Below are positions 50,911 to 61,941 of a stretch of DNA of 64,000 nt, piece by piece (position 1 is the first letter of the stretch; each line of letters opens with the position of its first letter). The notes below the pieces were generated by a model. That model was not told where the DNA came from. It was given only the letters and a program-made list of their open reading frames with translations, and did no database searches. Both the position numbers and the translations under genes were made by a program. Origin of the DNA: an uncultured bacterium (GTDB lineage: Bacteria; Desulfobacterota_D; UBA1144; Nemesobacterales; UBA2774); contig CAWGRW010000009.1 of NCBI GenBank assembly GCA_963825135.1, positions 512,001-576,000 on the forward strand, in the 5' to 3' direction.

Positions 50911-52153
50911 GCTTCTCGGCATATGACTTCATATCATCGCCTACCTTCTTGAGCTCGGGTTTGGATTGCACATACTTCTCGAGCGCTTCGAGCACGCTCA
51001 TGGTCTTTGTGAGCTCGGTCTGTCTCATTGTTTTCCCGGGCTTGGAGAAGATTCTCTCTATCTTTAGCGTCTGAGCGCCCTCGAACGCGGCCCTGATCCC
51101 GCGTTCGTCCACTTCCTCCCCGGGACTCCCGACCTCGTATCTTACCCTCACTACGGCTCCGTTTACGTCTATTCGGGAGAACCTGTCGAGACCCGGGTCT
51201 TTGCCGCGGTCCGCACCCACTTCTCCCAGATCAATTGTGATAAATTTCCTCGCCGGGGTCTCCCTGAATTCAAAGACGCAGGTCCAGCCTCCGGGCGTCT
51301 CTACAAGCTCGCCCAGGACAAATCCCTTTCGCTCCTTCTCCTCCGTGAAGTCGATCCTCTCGATACTGCCCGAATAGACCACCGGGGGGACGTCCCCTTC
51401 GTTCAGGTCCTGAAACCGGTGGATGTGACCGAGCGCGACATAATTAAACGCGCTGTCGCCGAGCACCGCTACCGGGACCACGGGATCGGAAGTCGATAGC
51501 GTGTCGAGTTCGGTACCGGATAGTTTCGCCCCCCTTGCCGCCACGTGCCCGAGCAATACCGCGGGGTCTCTCCTGTCGATCTTTTTTGCGAGTCCGCGGA
51601 TTATATCCCCCAGTCTCCTTTCTATCTCCGCCTGGAGCTCCTGAGGGGATAGCGACCTGTATTCTTCTTTCGCGAGAAGAGCGCCCCTTCCCGCCCACGG
51701 CAGGCATGCGACCTGGACCGTTCCGCTATTCGTGCTTACATGAATCAACTCGGGTTTTCTGGCTATGGTCACGCCCTCGATAGCGAGGGCAGGGAAGATT
51801 TCCACGGCGGAAGCGCCTGTGCCTGAAGCCGAGTAGTCATGGTTCCCGAGCACTATGACAACCCGGGCCCCGTCTCTACCGGCCGCTTTTCCGATTCTGC
51901 GGGCGAATTCTATTTCTTCCGCGGGAAGCGGGTTTTCTCTGTGGAACACATCTCCCGCGATGAGTATGAGGTCGACGGATTCGTTCGACGCGGTTTCCAA
52001 TACGTGATCGAGACACTTCAGTATGTCTTCGAATCTCGTGTTGTATCCCGTCGACGGGTTCAGCCTGCCGTGCGTCAGAAGTCCGATATGTATATCGGAT
52101 AAGTGAATGAACCTTATTTTTCTCAACCGCGGTCCGGCGCTTCGGAAACTCAA
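50891..52153 (-). CDS. sbcD: SbcD/Mre11 family nuclease (start may be TTG 52126)
   Basis: HLSDIHIG, AGDVF, GNHD, ALGHIH and YSGS motifs. Confidence 0.88.
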   Translation of the reverse strand: MSFRSAGPRLRKIRFIHLSDIHIGLLTHGRLNPSTGYNTRFEDILKCLDHVLETASNESVDLILIAGDVFHRENPLPAEEIEFARRIGKAAGRDGARVVIVLGNHDYSASGTGASAVEIFPALAIEGVTIARKPELIHVSTNSGTVQVACLPWAGRGALLAKEEYRSLSPQELQAEIERRLGDIIRGLAKKIDRRDPAVLLGHVAARGAKLSGTELDTLSTSDPVVPVAVLGDSAFNYVALGHIHRFQDLNEGDVPPVVYSGSIERIDFTEEKERKGFVLGELVETPGGWTCVFEFRETPARKFITIDLGEVGADRGKDPGLDRFSRIDVNGAVVRVRYEVGSPGEEVDERGIRAAFEGAQTLKIERIFSKPGKTMRQTELTKTMSVLEALEKYVQSKPELKKVGDDMKSYAEKLIREGE

Positions 52154-52174
52154 CCGTTCCCTGGAACGCTTCTT

Positions 52175-53317
52175 TTATTTATCTCCGAATAGAATTTCGG
52201 ACGCCTTTTTCGTCCCGGCTCCGTAGTTGAACTTGTAGCCGAGCTTGTGGAGCACGCTCTCTATCGCCGATATGAAGAACAATGTATCCGTTCTGTCCAA
52301 ATCGCCGATGTGCGACACGCGGAATATTACTCCCTTGGCCTGGTCCTGCCCGTCGGCGACTGTTATGCCGAATTCGCTGCTGAGCGCCTTGATGACCTTC
52401 GAGGAGCCTATTTCAGGGGGAGCTATCACCGTAGTGAGCGCGGGGCTCGGAACGTCTTTCACATATATATCAAGCCCTATCGCCTTCATTCCTTCCCTCA
52501 TGGCGAGAGAGAGCTTGGCATGACGTTTGAACATGCTCTCCCTTCCCTCTTCTTTAAATCTCCTCAGCACGGCGGCGAGTCCGATAATCAGCGTGACGGC
52601 CGGGGTATAGGGGGTCGTATTTTTCTCCGCGTTTTTCTGAGCGGCTTTAAAATCGAAATAGTATTTCGGGAGGTCCGAAGTCTTATTGAACTTCCAGGCC
52701 TTTTCACTCATAGCGGCGAAGGACAGCCCCGGGGGCAGCATGAAAGCCTTCTGGGAGCCGCCTACCATCACGTCTATACCGATCTCGTCGAAAGGCAGCG
52801 GGAAAACGCCCACTCCCGTTATGCCGTCCACAATAAGGATTACGTCGTCTCTATGCCTGGTGATGTCGGCGATTTCCTTTATCGGATGCATGGCGCCTGT
52901 AGAGGTCTCGCTCGCCTGTACCAAAACGGCCCGTATGGAAGGGTCTTCCGCGAGGGCTTTCTCGATTTCCGCGGGATCGACCGAACGGCCCCACTCCACC
53001 ATAAGCTCTTCGGTCTCAAGCCCGAAAGCGCGGCATATCTTTCCCCACCTTTCGCCGAATTTCCCGCCGTTGACGACGAGCACCCTGTCGCCCCTGGAGA
53101 GCGTATTGACCACGGCCCCCTCCATTGCGCCCGTTCCCGAAGCCGCGAGTATAAATACTTCCTGTTTGGTATCGTATATGTATTTGAGCCCTTCCCTGAC
53201 TTCGGCGAATATGGCCTCGAATTCCTTAGTCCTGTGGTGCATGATGGGCTTCGCCATCTCAATGAGAACTTCGCTTGGCACGGCTACCGGCCCGGGTGTA
53301 AATATGTAGTTTTTCAC
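52175..53317 (-). CDS. Class V aminotransferase (serine-pyruvate/alanine-glyoxylate type; possibly SerC-like), GTG start
   Basis: TPGP, HHRT, SGTGAME, ETSTG, GSQKAFMLPPG and PYTP motifs. Confidence 0.92.
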   Translation of the reverse strand: MKNYIFTPGPVAVPSEVLIEMAKPIMHHRTKEFEAIFAEVREGLKYIYDTKQEVFILAASGTGAMEGAVVNTLSRGDRVLVVNGGKFGERWGKICRAFGLETEELMVEWGRSVDPAEIEKALAEDPSIRAVLVQASETSTGAMHPIKEIADITRHRDDVILIVDGITGVGVFPLPFDEIGIDVMVGGSQKAFMLPPGLSFAAMSEKAWKFNKTSDLPKYYFDFKAAQKNAEKNTTPYTPAVTLIIGLAAVLRRFKEEGRESMFKRHAKLSLAMREGMKAIGLDIYVKDVPSPALTTVIAPPEIGSSKVIKALSSEFGITVADGQDQAKGVIFRVSHIGDLDRTDTLFFISAIESVLHKLGYKFNYGAGTKKASEILFGDK

Positions 53318-53517
53318 TTTGTAATTCTCCTCTGTAGTGATTTTATTTCAGTATTCGAGAAACCCGACTGTCGAATCATTCCATTCACTGACGATATCGT
53401 GTGAAGCTAACGGGTTAGAAACATAGAAATTTACCCTAAGATCAGGATAATTCAACTATCCTTGCTTTTGAAAACCCAAACCTTATATTATTAAAATAAA
53501 GAAAAAGGGAGCGCGAA

Positions 53518-54628
53518 ATGTTCGGAGAAAATAAAGAGCAAATACAGGAACTTAGAAAGAGACTCCTAGTCCTTGGGGACTTTCTTTGACCTTCCCGGAA
53601 AGAATTCGCGCCTGAAAGAGCTCGAAGAGATCACGGGGAAGGAAGGCTTCTGGAATAACGCCGAAAAGGCGCAGGAAATTTTGAGGGAGCAGGCGCGTAT
53701 TAAAAGCGCGCTCGACAGCCTGACCAGGCTCACCCGCGACCTCGAGGACGCTGAAATCCTGGAGGAGCTTTCTCTCGAAGCGGAAGACGAGGAGGCGGCA
53801 AGGGAGGCCAGGGAGAAGCTGTCCGAGATCGAGAACCAGGTAGAAACGCTGGAATTCAAGAGGATACTCGGCGAGCCCGACGACGAGAGGAACGCAATCG
53901 TTTCGATCAACGCCGGAGCGGGGGGTACGGAAGCCCAGGACTGGGCGGAGATGCTCCTCCGAATGTATCTGAGATACGCCGAGCTTAACAAATACACTAC
54001 CGAAATGGTCGAGTATCAGGAAGGGGACGAAGCGGGAATGAAGAGCGCTACGTTCCTCGTAAAGGGGGATTACGCGTTCGGTTACCTCAAGGGCGAGAGC
54101 GGCGTTCACAGACTCGTCAGGATATCCCCGTTCGATGCTAATAAAAGGAGGCATACGTCGTTCGCGTCGGTATTCGTGTCTCCGGAAATCGATGACAGCA
54201 TCGTGGTCGAGATAGAAGAGAAAGATTTGAGGGTGGATACCTACCGGGCGAGCGGAGCCGGCGGGCAGCACGTAAACAAAACCGATTCGGCTATAAGGAT
54301 AACCCACTTTCCGACGGGTATAGTCGTGAGTTGTCAGAACGAGCGATCCCAGCACCAGAACCGCGCGACAGCCATGAAGATATTGAAGGCGAGGATGTAC
54401 GAGCTTGAGAAAGAAAAACAGAGAGAAAAGATCGACGAGATGCACTCTACAAAGAAGGAGATCGGCTGGGGGAGCCAGATACGCTCCTACGTCCTCCATC
54501 CGTACAGGATGATTAAGGACCATAGGACCGGATACGAAACGGGGAACGTCGAGCCGGTTCTGGACGGAGACCTGAGCGAGTTCATAAAATCCTACCTCCT
54601 GATGCAGGCCGGGGAAAAGCCGCTCTAA
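53518..54628 (+). CDS. prfB: Peptide chain release factor 2 with programmed +1 frameshift at CTT-TGA-C (53584-53590)
   Basis: 23 codons from ATG 53518 to CTT TGA, internal SD-like GGGGA just upstream; +1 frame carries SPF and GGQ motifs. Confidence 0.97.
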
Positions 54629-54763
54629 AACCGAAAAGAGCGCCAAGGCCTCCCGGCTCACACCCCGTAATCCTATGTTTCCCTCCGCGGGGTGGTATAT
54701 TTATCATTCGACAACAGCGGCACCTGAAAACTAGTCTTCATCCCTGTCGGGAGGGGCGGTATT

Positions 54764-55633
54764 TTGAGAATCGGAATAATCGGGAAAACGAATATCAACA
54801 AGACCTGCGAGATCGCGAAAGACCTCGGCAAATGGTTTAAAAACAGGGGGGTCGAGGTCATTCTCGAAAGAGAGCTCGGAGAGAAAATCCGCCATAAAAA
54901 TTCTGTCCCCGCCGCCGAATTACCCGATCTCGTGGATGTAATCCTGGTTTTCGGAGGCGACGGCTCGTTCCTGGGCGTGGCCAGGCTCGCCTGCAGGCAC
55001 GGGACTCCTATTTTGGGAATAAACCTCGGAGGACTCGGGTTTCTTACCGAGATAACAGTCGACGAAATTTATCCGATGATGGAGAGGATATTGAGCGGCG
55101 ATTATGAAATAGAGAACCGAAGGATGCTCCGTACTACATTAAGGAGAGGAAAAACCAGAGCAAGGAACTACGAAGTCCTGAACGATGTGGTTATAAACAA
55201 AGAGGCCGTCGCCAGGATTATCGATCTCGAAATCTACATAGAAGGCTCACACGTCACGACGTACAAGGCGGACGGGATAATCCTCTCGACCCCCACGGGC
55301 TCGACCGCCTATTCCCTCTCGGCGGGAGGACCCATAGTCCACCCCGCGCTTCCCGTAACGATCATAACGCCTATTTGTCCTCATACACTCACAAACAGAC
55401 CGCTCGTAGTAGCAAGCGAAATGAAGGTCGAAATAAAAATCACCACGCAGGAGCCCGATACCTACCTTACGCTCGACGGCCAGATCGGAATCAGGCTCAA
55501 GACCGGCGACATAATAGAGGTTATAGAGTCCGATACGGTCGTAAAGCTGATAAAATCACCTTTCAGGGATTATTTCACCATCCTCAAGACCAAGCTCATG
55601 TGGGGAGAAAGATATGGCAAGATCAACGGATGA
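54764..55633 (+). CDS. nadK: NAD kinase, TTG start
   Basis: GGDGS, NLGGLGFL, LNDVV, TPTGSTAYSLSAGG and PICPH motifs. Confidence 0.96.
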   Translation: MRIGIIGKTNINKTCEIAKDLGKWFKNRGVEVILERELGEKIRHKNSVPAAELPDLVDVILVFGGDGSFLGVARLACRHGTPILGINLGGLGFLTEITVDEIYPMMERILSGDYEIENRRMLRTTLRRGKTRARNYEVLNDVVINKEAVARIIDLEIYIEGSHVTTYKADGIILSTPTGSTAYSLSAGGPIVHPALPVTIITPICPHTLTNRPLVVASEMKVEIKITTQEPDTYLTLDGQIGIRLKTGDIIEVIESDTVVKLIKSPFRDYFTILKTKLMWGERYGKING

Positions 55634-55982
55634 GCAGTTCCTGCACGACTGGGTGATAAGGAAGGTGCATGAGAAATATTCGAGGCTATACAGCGAGATA
55701 CGCATAAATCCGGGCAGAGAGACGAATTTCGATTACAAGGGTAAATACCCGGACATAATCATAGTAAATTACGGGCAGGTCGTTCAAATAGTCGAAGTGG
55801 AAACAAGGGAGTCGATAAATATCGAAAGAGTCCCCAAATGGAAGGAGCTCTCGGAGCTAGGCGTGAAATTTACCCTCATGGTGCCAAAAGAGCTGGAGGG
55901 ACACGCAAGGGACATCTGCTGGAAGAACGGGCTTGCCGCTAAAGTTAATCTCGGGGGCTTCGACGTTCTGATTAACACCTGA
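55614..55982 (+). CDS. Small hypothetical protein, possible PD-(D/E)xK fold
   Basis: YPDIIIV…IVEVET pattern; overlaps the nadK stop. Confidence 0.6.
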   Translation: MARSTDEQFLHDWVIRKVHEKYSRLYSEIRINPGRETNFDYKGKYPDIIIVNYGQVVQIVEVETRESINIERVPKWKELSELGVKFTLMVPKELEGHARDICWKNGLAAKVNLGGFDVLINT

Positions 55983-55993
55983 TTCTGCCGCCC

Positions 55994-58036
55994 CTAATCG
56001 CGTGCTCCGGTTTTCTTCGTCGATATCGGGAAAACGATATTGAACATAGTCCCGTTTTCGTTCCGGAGCTCCACCGTCCCCTTGAGCTGATCCGCGAGTG
56101 TGCAGACTAGCTGAAGACCGAGGGTATTCGTATTCCGGATGTCCATATTAACGGGAAATCCGACTCCGTTGTCCCTTACCGAGAGGGTAAGAATCCCGTC
56201 CGAATCCGAATATATTTCCACCGACACTTTGTTCCTGGCCCTCTTGGCCGGATTATCGCCGTCCGGATAATTGAAGGCGTGCTTGAGGCAATTCGAGAAA
56301 AGCTCGTTGATTATCAGCCCGCAGGGAATCGCCTGATCGACATCAATCGAGATATCGTACGCATTTATTTGAACTTGCATATTCTCCCCGAAATCCTTAT
56401 AGACCCTGAGCAGGTTTCTGGTCAGGTCCGTTATATAGTCGAGCATTTTTATCTCGTCGATGTTCCTCGACTGGTAGAGCTTCTCGTGGATCAGAGCTAT
56501 TGTGGATATCCTGCTCTGACTCTCATAGAAAAGGGCTAGTGATTCCTCGTCCTTCGCGTAATCGGACTGGAGGCTCAACAGGCTCGATATGACCTGGAGG
56601 TTGTTCTTTACCCTGTGGTGTATCTCCCTCAGCAGGGACTCCTTCCGCATGAGCGATTCCTGTATCTGTTCGTCGGACTTTTTACGCTCCGTGATATCGC
56701 GTGTATCGACTATCGCCCTGATCTCCCCCGTCGACGTCCTGAACGGTTTGCCGGTGGCTTCGAACCAGCGCCAATCCCCGTTTTTATGCCTGTACCTGTA
56801 AACGGCTCTCCCGGCGGACCCGGAGCTGAACCCCTGTACGAATGCAGACATCACGGCAGAGCGGTCATCCGGGTGCATAAATTCGAACGCATTTTTCCCG
56901 AAAAGCTCCTCGGGTTCATATCCCAATATCTCTTTATGGTTGGAGCTGGCGTACATTATGCGCCCGTCGTACAATATCTCGAGAATGAGGTCATGCGCGT
57001 TCTCGACGAGCGTGCGGTACAACTCCTCTTTTTCCTTCAGCATGTCCTCCGCTCTTTTGCGCTCTATCATCGTGCCGATCCAGCGTCCCATGAGCCTTAT
57101 AAAATCCTTGTCCGCCGTTGTAAAAGGCTCCTTCCGCGGATGTGGACTTGCAAAATTAAGCGTCCCGAATACCATTCCGTTAATCCGTAAAGGTACGCCG
57201 ATATAGGACTCGAAGCCGAAGTCTTTATAGAACTCTTCATTCCGATACTCGGATTCTCCCACGTGGTCAATGGCAAGAACGTCGTCGTTTGCGAGTGTAA
57301 TTTTGCAGTAAGTCTTCGAAAGCTCACATTCGAGGCCCTGAGTCACTCTCCCCATCTCATCGTAGCAATATAGGACCGTGCAATACTTGCCGGCGATCCG
57401 GCCGACTCCCGCAACTTCCATACATAGCATGTCGGCGCCCGTCTTGAGTGTCTCGACGAGCTGCGTTTCGATCCCTACGCCGGGTTCAGCCGAGATCTCA
57501 TAGAGGGACCTGATCCGTTTCTCCTGGAGCGCGTGCGCCTCGTCGGAGAGCTTCCTTCCGGTGTTGTCCCTGAGTGAGCCGATGATACCCGTGACATTAC
57601 CCCCCTTCGCGCCGGACGAAACCGACACCTCGGCGCTTACGGAACCGCCTCCGCTTAAAAGGATATCAGCTTCAAAAACCCCTCTCTGCCCCCCATTCTC
57701 AAATTCGAGGTAATTGCGCGCTGAGTTATGTCCCGTATCGTTAGCGAGCAGATCAGAAAACGGTCTGCCTATCCACAAGTTGCGCTTCCAGCCCGTCAGC
57801 GTCTCGAACGCGGGATTGATATAGGTAATAACGCCTTCCGGTGTGAGACTGAAAAAAACATCGGGCGCATTCTCCAAAAGGCCGAAAAAGAAATCCCCGT
57901 TGCTCAAAACCTCGTTCATACCGGGGGCGGGGGAACACCCGTCGTCAAGGAATGTACCGACAGGACCTATAAGATCGAGCGCTGCCTGTTTTAGATCAAG
58001 CTCCGGCACAATATTTTGTTTCAATTTGCTCTTCAT
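55994..58036 (-). CDS. Cytoplasmic PAS-GAF-PAS histidine kinase (HisKA_2 type)
   Basis: Two PAS domains, GAF (SYIGVPL…FGTLNF), EIHHRVKNNLQ H-box, DNGVG; no TM segments. Confidence 0.92.
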   Translation of the reverse strand: MKSKLKQNIVPELDLKQAALDLIGPVGTFLDDGCSPAPGMNEVLSNGDFFFGLLENAPDVFFSLTPEGVITYINPAFETLTGWKRNLWIGRPFSDLLANDTGHNSARNYLEFENGGQRGVFEADILLSGGGSVSAEVSVSSGAKGGNVTGIIGSLRDNTGRKLSDEAHALQEKRIRSLYEISAEPGVGIETQLVETLKTGADMLCMEVAGVGRIAGKYCTVLYCYDEMGRVTQGLECELSKTYCKITLANDDVLAIDHVGESEYRNEEFYKDFGFESYIGVPLRINGMVFGTLNFASPHPRKEPFTTADKDFIRLMGRWIGTMIERKRAEDMLKEKEELYRTLVENAHDLILEILYDGRIMYASSNHKEILGYEPEELFGKNAFEFMHPDDRSAVMSAFVQGFSSGSAGRAVYRYRHKNGDWRWFEATGKPFRTSTGEIRAIVDTRDITERKKSDEQIQESLMRKESLLREIHHRVKNNLQVISSLLSLQSDYAKDEESLALFYESQSRISTIALIHEKLYQSRNIDEIKMLDYITDLTRNLLRVYKDFGENMQVQINAYDISIDVDQAIPCGLIINELFSNCLKHAFNYPDGDNPAKRARNKVSVEIYSDSDGILTLSVRDNGVGFPVNMDIRNTNTLGLQLVCTLADQLKGTVELRNENGTMFNIVFPISTKKTGARD

Positions 58037-58199
58037 AGTAAAAATCCAATGAGGCCGAATCCGGCGAAGGAAACAACCGCGGCTGCCCGGCCTTGATTCA
58101 TATACATAAATTTTTTCTGAATCGCCGAACGCCTAACTTTATTGTAATAACATACTCAAATACATGCAATCCGCTAGTCTCGCGTCCCGCGTGTTAATC

Positions 58200-58215
58200 A
58201 ATAACATATGTTATT
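58200..58215. promoter_or_regulatory. Perfect 16-bp palindrome AATAACATATGTTATT in the divergent HK/glyA promoter region
   Basis: Read directly; extra half-site AATAACATA at 58146-58154. Confidence 0.5.
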
Positions 58216-58357
58216 ATCGGCTGCCAGGCGCTTCCGGTAATGCTCCATTCCGATTGCCCGCTATCGAGTCCGCCGCCCGCATTAAGGAACGGCGCCCTGC
58301 TTGATAATTCGTCCAATCTTGGATAGGCTTTACTTGAATTAAGGGGGTAGGTATCAG

Positions 58358-59605
58358 ATGTCGAAGCTCGAAATTGTCGATCCCGAAATTTACCGCGCGA
58401 TCAAGGCCGAAGTCGAGCGCCAGGAGTACAAACTGGAGCTCATCGCTTCGGAAAACTACGTGAGCGAAGCGGTTCTGGAAGCCCTGGGCTCGGTGCTGAC
58501 GAACAAGTACGCGGAAGGTCTTCCCGGAAAGAGGTACTACGGCGGGTGCGAGTTCGTGGACATCGCCGAGAACCTGGCAAGGGACCGGGCAAAGGCGCTT
58601 TTCGGCTGCGATGCGGTGAACGTGCAGCCCCACTCGGGCGCTCAGGCAAATATGTCCGTCTATTTCGCCTGCCTCGAGCCGGGCGACACCATACTGGGAA
58701 TGAACCTCGCTCACGGCGGTCATCTGACCCACGGGAGCCCGGTAAACTTCTCCGGGCGTCTGTACAACGTCATCCCCTACGGGGTTACCGAGGATACGAA
58801 CCTCATCGATTTCGACGAGGTAAGAAGGCTTGCCCTCGAGCACAAGCCGAAACTCATAGTCGCCGGCTGGAGCGCATATCCGAGGGATATAGACTTTGCC
58901 AGGTTCAGGGAAATAGCGGACGAAGCGGGATCCCTACTCATGGCCGACATCGCTCACCCGGCGGGCTTGGTCGTGGCCGGACTCTATTCGAACCCGATCC
59001 CCCACTGCGATTTCGTAACTACTACGACACATAAGACCCTCAGGGGACCGAGGGGCGGAATGGTAATGATGAAGGAAAGCCAGGAAAAGCAGGTCAACAG
59101 CAGGGTGTTCCCCGGCACTCAAGGGGGCCCTCTCATGCACGTAATCGCCGCAAAGGCGGTTGCATTTAAAGAAGCTCTCGAACCCGGCTTCAAGGAATAT
59201 CAAAAACAGATCGTGAAGAATTCCAGAAAATTAGGGGAGTGCCTGACTAAAATGGGGCTCAAACTGGTCTCCGGAGGCACTGACACCCACCTGGTGCTTG
59301 TGGACTTGAGAGAGACCGAGCTCACCGGAAAAATAGCCGAGGAGACGCTGGAGCAGGCCGGTATCACAGTCAATAAGAACGCTATTCCGTTTGACCCGCG
59401 GCCGCCCGCAGTAACGAGTGGAATAAGGATAGGAACCCCCGCAGTCACCACGAGAGGCATGAAGGAAAAAGAAATCGAGATGATCGCTAATTTCATCAAA
59501 GAGGCTTTAAACAACCCGGGAAGCGAGAAGGTCCTTTCGAGGATAAAGAACGACGTCCGGGAACTTTGCAGCCAATTCCCGATCTACAGACACAGACTAA
59601 TTTAG
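58358..59605 (+). CDS. glyA: Serine hydroxymethyltransferase
   Basis: LIASEN, NKYAEG, GGHLTHG and [14 protein letters not shown] motifs. Confidence 0.99.
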   Translation: MSKLEIVDPEIYRAIKAEVERQEYKLELIASENYVSEAVLEALGSVLTNKYAEGLPGKRYYGGCEFVDIAENLARDRAKALFGCDAVNVQPHSGAQANMSVYFACLEPGDTILGMNLAHGGHLTHGSPVNFSGRLYNVIPYGVTEDTNLIDFDEVRRLALEHKPKLIVAGWSAYPRDIDFARFREIADEAGSLLMADIAHPAGLVVAGLYSNPIPHCDFVTTTTHKTLRGPRGGMVMMKESQEKQVNSRVFPGTQGGPLMHVIAAKAVAFKEALEPGFKEYQKQIVKNSRKLGECLTKMGLKLVSGGTDTHLVLVDLRETELTGKIAEETLEQAGITVNKNAIPFDPRPPAVTSGIRIGTPAVTTRGMKEKEIEMIANFIKEALNNPGSEKVLSRIKNDVRELCSQFPIYRHRLI

Positions 59606-60139
59606 ATGAAATGTCCATTCTGCTCCAGCCTTGAGAGTAAGGTAATAGATTCACGTCTCGCCAAGGAAGATACTTCCATCAGGAGACGGAGGGAATGCCT
59701 CAGCTGTAAAAGCCGTTTCACGACATATGAGAGAGTGGAGGAAGTCGAGCTCCTGGTCATCAAGAAGGGCGGAGTCAGGGAGCCCTTCGACCGCAATAAA
59801 ATAATCGCGGGAATGATCAAGGCATGCGAGAAAAGACCCATCAGCATGGAGGTCATAGAGAACTTCGTCTCCGATCTGGAACGGGAGTTCCAGGAAAGAG
59901 GGGACAGGGAAGTGGATAGCAGCGAAATTGGGGAGAGGGTGATCAACAAGCTGTACGAGATTGACGAGGTGGCGTATGTGAGGTTCGCTTCCGTTTACCG
60001 GTCGTTTAAGGACGTGAATCAGTTCCTGAGCGAGCTGACCGACCTTCTCAAGGAGAAGGGCGGACAGATGACATTGAGGGGCAAACCGGATTCTCTGGTT
60101 AATAGTCTATCGCTTATAAAGGACAAGACAAAGAAGTAA
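59606..60139 (+). CDS. nrdR: Transcriptional repressor NrdR
   Basis: MKCPFC…RRRRECLSC…RFTTYE, ATP cone, [10 protein letters not shown]. Confidence 0.98.
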   Translation: MKCPFCSSLESKVIDSRLAKEDTSIRRRRECLSCKSRFTTYERVEEVELLVIKKGGVREPFDRNKIIAGMIKACEKRPISMEVIENFVSDLEREFQERGDREVDSSEIGERVINKLYEIDEVAYVRFASVYRSFKDVNQFLSELTDLLKEKGGQMTLRGKPDSLVNSLSLIKDKTKK

Positions 60140-60900
60140 TGCTCATAGATACTCATGCACACCTGGATTCCCTCGATGATCTGCCCGGCGCTCTCGCAAG
60201 GGCAGGGGCAGAAGGGATAGAGAAGATAATAGCGATATCCTCGGACCTGGAATCCTCGCTGAGCACAATTTCAATTGCGGAAAATAATAATAGCGTCTTC
60301 GCAGCCGCTGGCATACACCCGCACGCCGCCAGGACCGCCGACGTAAGATCTCTATCCGAAATAGAGAGGCTCGCCCGGACCGGAAAAGTGGTAGCAGTCG
60401 GCGAGACCGGCCTCGACTATCACTACATGAACTCCGATAAAAACGCGCAGATAAATTCATTTACAGAGCAAATCGGTATCGCGTCTCGCCTCGGCCTCCC
60501 GATCGTAATCCATGTACGGGACGCCGACCACGATCTCATAGACATTCTCAAGTCCGAGAAAGTGTCCGACAGGACCGGAGTTATCCACTGCTTTACAGGG
60601 GATTACGAGACCGCCAGAATGTATCTCGACCTGGGGTTCTACATTTCCTTTTCAGGAATCGCAACATTTAAGAAATCGGAGGATATCCGCGACGCGGCGA
60701 AAAAAATCCCCGGAGACAGGCTGCTGGTCGAAACGGATTCGCCTTACCTGGCCCCGGTGCCGCTGAGAGGGAAAGCAAACGAGCCCGCCTACGTGAAATA
60801 TATCGCCGAGATGATAGCCGGAATAAGAGGCGTGTCGTTTGAGGAGATAGCCGGGATGACGACAGACAATGCTGAAAGGTTATTTAGGCTAGGGCGATGA
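60139..60900 (+). CDS. TatD family hydrolase
   Basis: DTHAHL, GIHPH, GETGLDY, HCF and ETDSPYLAP motifs. Confidence 0.95.
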   Translation: MLIDTHAHLDSLDDLPGALARAGAEGIEKIIAISSDLESSLSTISIAENNNSVFAAAGIHPHAARTADVRSLSEIERLARTGKVVAVGETGLDYHYMNSDKNAQINSFTEQIGIASRLGLPIVIHVRDADHDLIDILKSEKVSDRTGVIHCFTGDYETARMYLDLGFYISFSGIATFKKSEDIRDAAKKIPGDRLLVETDSPYLAPVPLRGKANEPAYVKYIAEMIAGIRGVSFEEIAGMTTDNAERLFRLGR

Positions 60901-60961
60901 TTATCAGGCGCGAGTCTAGGGACGACATCGATCGTAAATCTTCATTCATGAGATACCCGTT

Positions 60962-61927
60962 ATGAGCGCGAAACCTAGGATAGGAATATCGATGGGCGAC
61001 CCGAACGGCATAAGCCCGGAGATCGTAGTAAAAGCCCTTAACTCAAGAGAGGTGACGGATGTATGCTCTCCCGTGGTGTTCGGGAGCTCCGAAGTTCTGG
61101 AATCTGCGGCGAACCTGACGGGGTCGAGATTGGACTTCAAGGTTGTCGATACGTCGGAATTCGGGATCGCCGACCTCAAGCCCGCCAGAGTGGACAGGAA
61201 AGCGGGAGAAGCCAGTCTTTCTTACATTCGCGAGGCTGTTAAAGCGGCGATGTCGGGCAGCATCGATGCGGTAGTCACCGCTCCCATCAGTAAAGAATCC
61301 ACCCACCTGGCAGGGTCAAAATACCCGGGGCATACGGAAATGCTTAAAGATCTCACGGGCGCCGACGAGGTCGTGATGATGTTCGAAGGGGGAAGTTTCA
61401 GAGTCGTACTCGTCACAATTCACACCGCGCTGAGAGAGGTGCCGAAGCTTATAACGAAAGAAAAGGTGCTTTCGGTAATAAATATCACGCACCGGGCGCT
61501 CGTGAACCAGTTCAAGATAAAGGATCCGAAGCTGGTCGTCTGCGGCCTGAACCCCCACGCCGGTGAGTCGGGGGCATTCGGAGACGAGGAGATCCTCCAT
61601 ATCGCGCCTGCGGTGGCGGAGGCGAGAAAACAGGGAATCACCATTACCGGTCCCCTTCCGGCGGACACTCTCTTTTACTACGCCCACAAAGGGAAATGGG
61701 ACGCCGTCGTTGCAATGTATCACGACCAGGGCCTGATCCCGTTCAAGATGCTCTCGTTTAACGTTGGAGTAAATCTGACTCTCGGTCTGCCGATAATAAG
61801 GACTTCCCCCGACCACGGAACGGCTTTTAACATTGCATGGAAAGGAATTGCCGATCCGTCGAGCATGATCGCTTCAGTCATCGTAGCATCCAGACTCGCA
61901 TTAATCCCGGACCAAATCCCGGAATAA
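60962..61927 (+). CDS. pdxA: 4-hydroxythreonine-4-phosphate dehydrogenase
   Basis: GDPNGI, GHTE, LNPHAGE, MYHDQG and RTSPDHGTA motifs. Confidence 0.95.
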   Translation: MSAKPRIGISMGDPNGISPEIVVKALNSREVTDVCSPVVFGSSEVLESAANLTGSRLDFKVVDTSEFGIADLKPARVDRKAGEASLSYIREAVKAAMSGSIDAVVTAPISKESTHLAGSKYPGHTEMLKDLTGADEVVMMFEGGSFRVVLVTIHTALREVPKLITKEKVLSVINITHRALVNQFKIKDPKLVVCGLNPHAGESGAFGDEEILHIAPAVAEARKQGITITGPLPADTLFYYAHKGKWDAVVAMYHDQGLIPFKMLSFNVGVNLTLGLPIIRTSPDHGTAFNIAWKGIADPSSMIASVIVASRLALIPDQIPE

Positions 61928-61941
61928 GCGATTGAATCACT

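Noticed and set aside
58051..58094. Hairpin with GAAGGAAACAAC resembling SRP RNA
   Set aside because: Does not match the CAGG…GGAAGCAGC helix-8 consensus
58216..58357. Possible ZMP/ZTP or glycine riboswitch in the glyA leader
   Set aside because: Only a GCCGCCCGC fragment; the conserved GACUG, GUGG/CCAC and CCUGGGC elements are absent
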